DNA of 53,203 nucleotides from a virus (Duplodnaviria; Caudoviricetes): IMG/VR virus record IMGVR_UViG_3300038360_000257, positions 1 to 53,203 of that record; one strand, 5' to 3'. Shown piece by piece: positions 49,001 to 53,203 of this stretch (position 1 is its first letter; each line of letters starts with the position of its first letter). The notes under the pieces were generated by a model. It saw only the letters and a program-made list of their open reading frames with translations, ran no database searches and was not told where the DNA came from. The position numbers and the translations under genes were made by a program.

Positions 49001-49661
49001 CAATTATCGTAATGGGCTTAACATATATACTCCATTTCGCGGCAACTTCGTATTCACAGACCAGCTTATGAGTGCGGCAAAAGGCACTGGGATAGGCTCT
49101 AAAGAGGCTAAGGCTAAAAAGTGGGAAGTAATGCGCGGCTGGATGTCGAACACCGTGGGCGGTGGGATCTTCTATCGTTTCAATTCAAACAATGTGGAAA
49201 CAGTTAAGACCACAACCGAGAAAGTTATCGGGTACCCGGTCCTGAGTAATATTGTTGGCAGGTTCATTAAGGTTTCGGATTATGGTAAACGAGAAGAATT
49301 AAGGAAGGACAAAAGTAAAATACGGTCGAATAACGACGCTGTCACGCTGCTGGCCTATGACGCGATAACCAAGGCGATGAATAACGAGCAGCCAAACAGA
49401 AACGAGATGATAGCTCTTGTGGTCAAATACAAGTCCCTCCCGAGGATGTGGAAAAAGCTCGTATCTCAAAAGTTTACGAACGTGTATGTCCAAGAAATTA
49501 TCAACGCCAAATCAAAAGAAGAAAAAACCGCAGTAGGAATAAGGATGCAGGAAGATAAGTTTTCGCGTAGAATGCTGGATGGGGGAGATAGGAAGGGAAT
49601 TAAATTTTTAAACGCACCAGATTTTTCTAATTGGGTTCGGCCAACGGAGGAAGGAAAATGA
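40026..49661 (+). CDS. giant polyvalent virion protein (GHKL ATPase, HExxH metallopeptidases, ADP-ribosyltransferase, LPD38-like C-terminus)
   Basis: REGLQNSLDA/DNGIGMS/GGFGIAK; HELTH..HDEDF; HEPFH; FNKWFGKSKVVDEKGEPLVVYHGT..GFWFT..VYLKIENP; HEIGH; YLRLPQD. Confidence 0.9.
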   Translation: MAKSLVECFKLHGKGLNAAEMQAVTDMANAIQKDGTYKDKAPEYPNVVAVTSHIEELQADRDSILTQLGVAIPAGKKAAPVKAEADTIVEVKPTEKPAPKPRTDTFFTPEFAERNIPKLEAKLEEVHKALWDSEAFADSDFYDGSFPIPKKGGIIATKGSKKYKTDKAYRTKVDSAVKNITDTMVDANKKRMILIGQPRGGAFGVDYSVTKKRKKVRAKYTVDVIRAWNNEARTKYPNTDYLGDIAVREGLQNSLDAVLDAIAAKQIKKGDINISANATSYTLTDNGIGMSDTDIAEKFLALHGTGKDKEGRFGGFGIAKAVILGPSDSATWTMETRDNLFTHEMASNNDVVGALDKPRQGTQIHVETQDGIIGVEAKKYVETTETPKNISITFNGEKVKSPFGKRKAKTFAGTIGDKSSYDIKYYPNAPEGYENKLVIRLVDKKTGAKLTQAIVHIYNENFNGTLVQDITTSAAPSEHAYPLTDSRMGLKWDGRAEVDKIVGEFAVDKQSVARSTIETNLYGVYERPEWKKTLRKVKTDKGYQNLTQTINDIWEETGKFFGHRHYAPFTALDDMDILVDIGYKGSRGGSLFQAKHVAAYEAVARLMAKDAGALVGEFSLMLSKPVNGGIVESQYQAATGNLWINHLSIDKTSLKSPVSYAQYLKGLVDHELTHFWRGPHDEDFSSARESTQRRTAEMWPYILRIAEATLGKQDKSTTRTKTKTVVKEKIVEKTVEVDKIIERYLDPQQLEFNFDNFEKEAVDGQIELYLPEPKGGPRQGRLFGRAVDRSDSGQHRKGRPDGDRRGAKQSDTQGTAEGVTTDVGDGKGRDGKTFLAKASIDSEGNLHTNKEGDGVFFVGADMVDVDFEGNRSPEGVRYPEVHSAWTVGENIAIAIEKKSKETFKTIAVVAYPQVLQSMQVNPIFHAALIRALSASYGKKYAKKMGRQAKAAYAKNKAEYKKAQRLYLREVKKGNKPKKPILTSFAQQVMRLQPTKAEAKALQKNKIIPKKATLERVYMQKVAEDIAVRDHVEIAGKIVGVGRYKSREDVSDADIYDSKILFESYHKFDEPVSFSDLVKQLKTMKGGKVEATDKRKIGAWLMMRSGAFWLNKRDSPVIPAMVEIGKGGPSVLKSLTDTGEIADLKDVTEDARTVVHYANGVYTFLVPAEDIKDINSYTTDDFVARRDAGTKKTPAQFWTGAYDTGGVRKEEVVTGTPHATKIQENKIYDSTKDALGYREKARKWIANDPGFYDTSVGGNTLKDMRARKGKKPITKAAVDNAMALLLKRDKYKGFSYTQTNGKWFALFGKIPAKAATSVKARMSAVVGEVESPGTDIDKVAAMGHARATLLKTALDDLAKKYPELTVRIEAAKVSLASFDAATEGQVEYGIDVDIAGPMDGIRAFLSEGVGLSNDQLGVIIESSPEDAIKNGVSKADSKNALTFNVPIDRKYTRADVRDAIKQYGLKNYNILESSTTGAVSINMSVDLVKKADGGWVANKDRTEAIWALNEIFKEIGGNGTLDINEVYSEVLGDSNYSSLKTARKNYREHIEEYHGKTRGGKIYEKAVEAGKTRTNDIRSVGPETFYKGRLAEISPRQPSPGTAGGLGKTRDARTDGARDRKGQDNDKGPGVTLSMSLGGENPTRWNPKELKRITQNIKKRVLQILPESEVDRVKLVLTTAVNLSGKNARKSKEDWQRIDPKLTDVTGSASVNLHESTIQVALNFDKPTIDRTALHEPFHVVMENYLPKRDYDFLLKKYGNAETAVETGVDYFIGKGTPTGRAKRIFDYLKRLLASVRNGLKGLGFTSENQIFEKVWRKGYEKRQSEATRAERLGIELEKINEFAQPAETRLSKAIKKITDNPAFNKWFGKSKVVDEKGEPLVVYHGTRSQEITEFNESKSRGGGFWFTPSKRYAKQYTHGNGSIVEVYLKIENPLNLDSKAGSAISKNLHKRAVENGSSWEEEAIKDGYDGSLIFGGFKKGGEIKVFNPTQIKSIYNQGTFSQTSPNIMLSMSERRAEEAGGEEYATNIGKAMSLPDIVWLAKELMGGKYPDVVKGIASRKGKSLGNFTRTRNGRIKILASLFKNPLEASKVLAHEIGHLSDWLPNKDMGRGNIFGRIATLHNYFKRTLPKGPNEIGELSDADRVRLRAEAKKVLSGEKTIDEEIITETPVTPAQVLSIWNSVENGISEELLDYVKRLDAAEKKSIIKEAMKGQVPAELRRFATIVKIKTGKKIKIKLTPSEDQIKTKYEDLIKEEIKKRKLFTLSEVMDELKAFSRLWSPFDPAADPAYTKYRYSSKELYADAFSAIIMAPNYAEEQIPTFVEGFFNYLERKPELKKMYDTIQDQIKHHGSLEALDKRVGEGMKRGSDDWVSQVRNLKKKLFSKELWGNTFLGRDFSLLMRVKKARNRSPILHDPFNKSMDPTNAIDDMRYTTTEVNGYIKDMFAKVVKGYEAIGMNDIDFSKYLLYRRIVGEKTEKQAWSEGVTKKEAAVLKAQYEERFGPKLKEIAGNFSKVRKEWVLDKLKANSKYATADLVKYIEDNLDSYATIDIYDHMNEKTGVSSSAGLFSTPLKTRVGSLKSTRPVFSATLENDMAIINAVNKSIAARSVADFMTEYDPDSIKDATTTWDGKKRVINPPSDRDMGLIVYMDNGKMVGKYVPKYVAEFFHANPVQSQLLTQIFRWTATPFKAIFTGRNPGFWPFNMIRDYHRAARTLPGKGTYLSFSKYWVKNVKKAAKSAFDKEMTDAERQMLHDKSLLSVMNYQGDESHDAMTERILSRHGLIEPKHNNPIFKGVRKFFHVLDALGMTSERVTKFAANEYLETNFPEMSQQERAFIIRRTGSPSFLTQGTATPLLNNILIFSNPMIQGYREDINFAKDRPIETLFKIGAIVMLPKMLMMAAASGLFGDDWEEAYARISEYDKSNYLCIPFGITPNGKVAYLRLPQDEMSRVIGGTLWKMFSSEKKRYLQNLEDYMGGQVPSLSPVWDILSGISNYRNGLNIYTPFRGNFVFTDQLMSAAKGTGIGSKEAKAKKWEVMRGWMSNTVGGGIFYRFNSNNVETVKTTTEKVIGYPVLSNIVGRFIKVSDYGKREELRKDKSKIRSNNDAVTLLAYDAITKAMNNEQPNRNEMIALVVKYKSLPRMWKKLVSQKFTNVYVQEIINAKSKEEKTAVGIRMQEDKFSRRMLDGGDRKGIKFLNAPDFSNWVRPTEEGK
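42313..42531 (+). CDS. nested +1-frame gene A inside the polyvalent gene (72 aa)
   Basis: AAGGAGG 6 nt before ATG; helical protein-like sequence while the host frame is a low-complexity G/R/D linker. Confidence 0.6.
   Translation: MGKSSSTYQNLKEVHGKGGYSDEQWTEAILDSIVRDALMEIGAAPNSPIHKALLKVSRQTWEMAKEEMAKPS
44710..44916 (+). CDS. nested +1-frame gene B inside the polyvalent gene (68 aa)
   Basis: AGAGGGGG 8 nt before ATG; MKKQSKQE...DDWPKSLQDSLPPELLADLEKHA; host frame is a G/R/D/T linker over the second half. Confidence 0.45.
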   Translation: MKKQSKQERPEQTTSDQSGRRPFTRDDWPKSLQDSLPPELLADLEKHAMHAPMEPGTARARITIKDPV

Positions 49662-50098
49662 AAAAAGTTCTTTTGAGTATCGGGTTATTTTTCGCAATGG
49701 TGCCTATGGCCTATGGGGCCGGAACATTAACTCAAGATTACGCCACACATGGCGCCATGAAGGTCGCCACTTTGACCTGGACAACCAGCGCTGGGGGCGT
49801 GTTCACATCAACTGCCATGTCTAAAAGCATTAACGGGTTTGTCGTCTCGGTCGAAACTGACCCGGACGGAACTGCTGTTCCCACAGCGGCTTACGACATA
49901 ACGCTGCTGGATAGTGGGAGTGCTGACATTATGGGAGGGGCCTTGGCCAACAGGTCGGCAACGGCAACTGAAATTACAATGCCGCTTCTGAACGGGAATT
50001 ACACCGGCATAGCTGTTCAGGGCGCATTAACACTGACAGTTTCTGCTGCGGGAAACTCGAAAACTGGCGTAGTTAAAATATTCTACTACGCGCAGTAA
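49658..50098 (+). CDS. beta-rich protein with Sec-type signal peptide
   Basis: start re-called to ATG 49658 (GGAGG SD, ATGA overlap); MKKVLLSIGLFFAMVPMAYG|A. Confidence 0.8.
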   Translation: MKKVLLSIGLFFAMVPMAYGAGTLTQDYATHGAMKVATLTWTTSAGGVFTSTAMSKSINGFVVSVETDPDGTAVPTAAYDITLLDSGSADIMGGALANRSATATEITMPLLNGNYTGIAVQGALTLTVSAAGNSKTGVVKIFYYAQ

Positions 50099-50110
50099 AG
50101 GAGGAATGAA

Positions 50111-52174
50111 ATGAAAAAACTATTACTCACTCTCATCTTGTCATTGGCATTGTGGTCGCCCTCCTTTGCTGCCGATGTGATTATAATGCCATTAGGTGGA
50201 CCTAACTTAGGCGGCATAATAACGGACCTAATCCCTGGAGCAGATGATACCTATGATATTGGAGAAGGCGTTACGCCTCTTGAATGGAAGGATCTGTGGA
50301 TTGATGGAACGGCTCACGCTGACACCATTGATGCTGATTCCGTCGATATCACCACGATTACAGACGGGAATATCCCATACATGCAAGCCGCAGCGGCCGG
50401 GTTTGGCGACTCCCCATTGAGCACGGACGGGACGGCTGTAACAAGCACCGGTAACATTGGGGTCGGTGCTGCTCCGGTGTATCCTGTGGATATAACCATG
50501 AGCGCGACGGATCTCACCGGACTTTATATTGATGGCGAGACCAATGATTACGCTGGAGCAGGTGTCACTGGAACTGTGGTTATGAAGCGTGACATAGCCC
50601 AAGCTGCACTGAGCAACCATACGGGATGGTCTAATTATGTCACTTTGAAACATGCTGCTGGCCAGACTGACACAATCAACTATGTCTACGGTAATATTAA
50701 TCGTATAGACAACAACTCTACCATTATAAATAATACCGCCGATAATGACGTCTACCATGAGTACGGAACTTATTCCTGGATTGACGCTAAAGGTGGTGTT
50801 TACGACCTACAGGCTGCGGGTAACATGGAGCTGGTAGTTACTGGTGTTGAATCTTATGTTGAAACCACTGACCTGGGATCGACCGCTCGTCTTGACCTAA
50901 GCGACACCGGTGCTGGTGGGGGCGTTGGGTCTATGGAGGTAACCGGTTACCATGCTAGGATGTTTCACGGACCTGATGTACTTTCTGGTGCTTGGACTAT
51001 GACGGCCACTGGTTTTGATGCCACGATCAGGAGCGAACCCCTCTTGACTGGCGGTACAATTATCCAAAACACAAACGGATTGTTAGTTAATATTGATGCC
51101 AGTGATGTTGGAACCTCGGTGGCTAAAGGAATCAACATAGCTGCTGTTGCTGGAGCTGACACTAATTGGGCTATTCATTCGGCTACTGTTGCTCCGAGCC
51201 ATTTTGCCGGTTCACTTGAAGCGGCCACAATTACCTATGGTGGTGCCGAAGTTTATCGCGTGGGTGGAACTGATGTAGCTGATGCAGATGTTGTTGATGC
51301 GCTTACTATTTCGGGTGGTACTGTTAATGGTTCTGTTGTCGGAGGTGTAACCCCTGCGGCTGGAACATTTACCACTCTTGGGGCAACTTCTGCGGGCCAA
51401 CACTATATTGGTGGAAGTGCTGAAGCTGGAGCCGCTGTTACCATAGCTGGATCTTTTGATGCAACTGGCACAAATGCTTCAGCAACAATTCTTAATGTTG
51501 GAGGCACTGCAAATACGAAAGCGTCTTATAACGCTTATGGGGTATATATTCATCCTACATTGACAGAGGCAGCTTCTGGAAATCATGTTATAATGGCTGG
51601 GACGAGATTTAATCAGCCAGCGATAACAGTAGGAGCAGCGACAGTAACTGACGCCGTTTCTGTTTATATCTCAGGCGCACCAAGTGCAACCGTTACCGGG
51701 AAAAATTATTCTTTTTGGGTCGATTTGGGAGAAACGAGACTTGATAACCTGGTCACTATGCCGCAGGTCTACGCCCACAACATGAATGGCGAGACGATCA
51801 GGGCATTGCAGATTAATGATACTGGCGAGCTTGGCTATGATTCATCGTCAGCCAGGTTCAAAACTAACATTGTCCCAATGGAAGACACTTCGTGGATTTA
51901 CGACTTACGGCCAGTCAACTACGAACCACGAAAGAAAATAATGGTTGAGGATAAACAGGTCTATACATCTGAGTCAACTGGTGTAAAGCGTTATGGTTTG
52001 ATTGCTGAGGAAGTGGAGAAGGTAAACCCAACATTTGTTTTCTATGATGATGAAAACAGGGTTACTGGTGTTCATTATGGGGATTTGATATCGCCCTTGG
52101 TAAACGAAGTTCAGCGGTTAAAATCGCGGGTTGACGAACTGGAAAAACGATTAACAGCCTTAGAATCTAAATAG
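50111..52174 (+). CDS. tail fibre with C-terminal intramolecular chaperone (peptidase S74) and N-terminal signal peptide
   Basis: MKKLLLTLILSLALWSPSFA|A; SSARFKTNI, LRPVNY, GLIAEEV, terminal coiled coil. Confidence 0.85.
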   Translation: MKKLLLTLILSLALWSPSFAADVIIMPLGGPNLGGIITDLIPGADDTYDIGEGVTPLEWKDLWIDGTAHADTIDADSVDITTITDGNIPYMQAAAAGFGDSPLSTDGTAVTSTGNIGVGAAPVYPVDITMSATDLTGLYIDGETNDYAGAGVTGTVVMKRDIAQAALSNHTGWSNYVTLKHAAGQTDTINYVYGNINRIDNNSTIINNTADNDVYHEYGTYSWIDAKGGVYDLQAAGNMELVVTGVESYVETTDLGSTARLDLSDTGAGGGVGSMEVTGYHARMFHGPDVLSGAWTMTATGFDATIRSEPLLTGGTIIQNTNGLLVNIDASDVGTSVAKGINIAAVAGADTNWAIHSATVAPSHFAGSLEAATITYGGAEVYRVGGTDVADADVVDALTISGGTVNGSVVGGVTPAAGTFTTLGATSAGQHYIGGSAEAGAAVTIAGSFDATGTNASATILNVGGTANTKASYNAYGVYIHPTLTEAASGNHVIMAGTRFNQPAITVGAATVTDAVSVYISGAPSATVTGKNYSFWVDLGETRLDNLVTMPQVYAHNMNGETIRALQINDTGELGYDSSSARFKTNIVPMEDTSWIYDLRPVNYEPRKKIMVEDKQVYTSESTGVKRYGLIAEEVEKVNPTFVFYDDENRVTGVHYGDLISPLVNEVQRLKSRVDELEKRLTALESK

Positions 52175-52185
52175 GGAGACACAAA

Positions 52186-53203
52186 ATGAGAGCTGAATTT
52201 ACAAAGGACTTGGTAGTCAAAGATGGAGCGTGGGTTGATGCGAGAGCTTATGGTTCGGCTCTTAATGATACTACTATTCAGGCCGCCATCACGGCGATTA
52301 GTACCGATGATCGGATGATATTGTTGACGCCAGGTACTTGGAGCATAACCGAGAATCTGACCATTCCTGCTAATGTCGGGCTTAAGGTAATGAGTGGCGC
52401 GGTATTGGATATTACTAACGCGAAGATTTTGACCTTCCAAGGCCAGCTAGAAGCCGGGCTTTATCAGATTTTTAGTGGGCTTGGAACTGTGGTGTTTGGC
52501 CGAGATGGTGGAAACAATGTTGTGGAGGTTTTCCCGAACTGGTGGGGCGCAGTTGGTGATGGGACTACGGACGACTCGGGTGCGTTTCAAAGTGCATTGA
52601 ATTCCATTAGTACTACCCAAAGTGGTGTTTTAACTATTCCGCCGTTGGGGTGGGGTGGTCAGTGTTATTATCTTACTTCTGGTCTTACCTATGATATGCC
52701 AAGCCATACCAGGTCTTTAACAATTCGAGGTTCTGGATTGAGTTCTTACTTGTTCTTTGAAGGAGCTGGGATTGATGGAATTACTGTTGATGGGAATGTA
52801 AACAAGTCAACAATCACACTTAAAGATCTTTCTTTCGGTGGGGCAGCTGGAACTGGCGATGGGCTGGTTTTGGTCGAGATGAATCGCTCGACCTTTTATA
52901 ACGTGATTTGTCATGGGTTTGGTGGCACTGGTATATTACTCCAAGGTTCGATCTTGAACACCTTTATCGGCGGTGGTGTAACAACGAACCTTGGAAGTCC
53001 TGGCAACAAAACCCAGGCGGTTCCTACTCGTGGTGTTTTGGTAGAGCAAACAGTTGGGAGCGGCTCGAATGGTAATACCTTTGTTGGGTTCAATATTGAG
53101 GGGATTACAACCGCGCCTGGTATTGGCGTGGAGATTACCGGCAACAGCTACGGAACCACCTTTATGGGCGGCACAATCGAGAACAATACTATTGGCGTTC
53201 AGG
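52186..53203 (+). CDS. tailspike/depolymerase with pectate-lyase-3-like beta-helix, truncated by the window edge
   Basis: GGGAG SD; MRAEFTKDLVVKDGAWVDARAYG...WWGAVGDGTTDDSGAFQSAL; not in ORF track. Confidence 0.8.
   Translation, partial: MRAEFTKDLVVKDGAWVDARAYGSALNDTTIQAAITAISTDDRMILLTPGTWSITENLTIPANVGLKVMSGAVLDITNAKILTFQGQLEAGLYQIFSGLGTVVFGRDGGNNVVEVFPNWWGAVGDGTTDDSGAFQSALNSISTTQSGVLTIPPLGWGGQCYYLTSGLTYDMPSHTRSLTIRGSGLSSYLFFEGAGIDGITVDGNVNKSTITLKDLSFGGAAGTGDGLVLVEMNRSTFYNVICHGFGGTGILLQGSILNTFIGGGVTTNLGSPGNKTQAVPTRGVLVEQTVGSGSNGNTFVGFNIEGITTAPGIGVEITGNSYGTTFMGGTIENNTIGVQ

Noticed and set aside
26439-53203. Diversity-generating retroelement acting on fibre genes
   Set aside because: No reverse transcriptase and no adenine-variable repeat pair seen in the window
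1-53203. Genome-wide stop-codon reassignment or tRNA genes
   Set aside because: TAA, TAG and TGA all end well-formed genes, long ORFs are intact in the standard code, and no cloverleaf was noticed

Overview
The window is most of the genome of a tailed dsDNA bacteriophage with podovirus-like gene content; the host cannot be determined from the sequence. Left to right: small leftward genes and a divergent promoter pair with an HTH regulator (1-1462); a replication module with DUF2800/Cas4-like nuclease, DUF2815 SSB, family-B DNA polymerase, VRR-NUC nuclease, SNF2 helicase and primase-VirE helicase (1479-9389); an iteron-rich putative origin (9390-9880); a leftward early operon of small acidic and Zn-finger proteins ending in a ribbon-helix-helix regulator, with a structured 5' leader (10154-13828); packaging and head genes (terS, candidate pac/cos region, GpA-like terL, portal, scaffold); a major capsid gene split by an ORF-less group I intron (22565-22882) that the ORF track misses; tail and ejection proteins; a 3211-aa polyvalent protein (GHKL ATPase, three HExxH motifs, ADP-ribosyltransferase, LPD38-like end) that appears to carry two nested +1-frame genes with their own Shine-Dalgarno sites; two signal-peptide-bearing fibre-region proteins; and a truncated beta-helix tailspike. 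Best leads: the capsid intron, the nested genes, a two-register pseudoknot over a ribosome-binding site (21013-21096), a UGA-plus-pseudoknot mini-ORF (966-1046), and the acr/aca-like early operon. No integrase, lysis gene, tRNA, CRISPR array or reverse transcriptase was recognised. All family names come from motif recognition by eye, not database searches.
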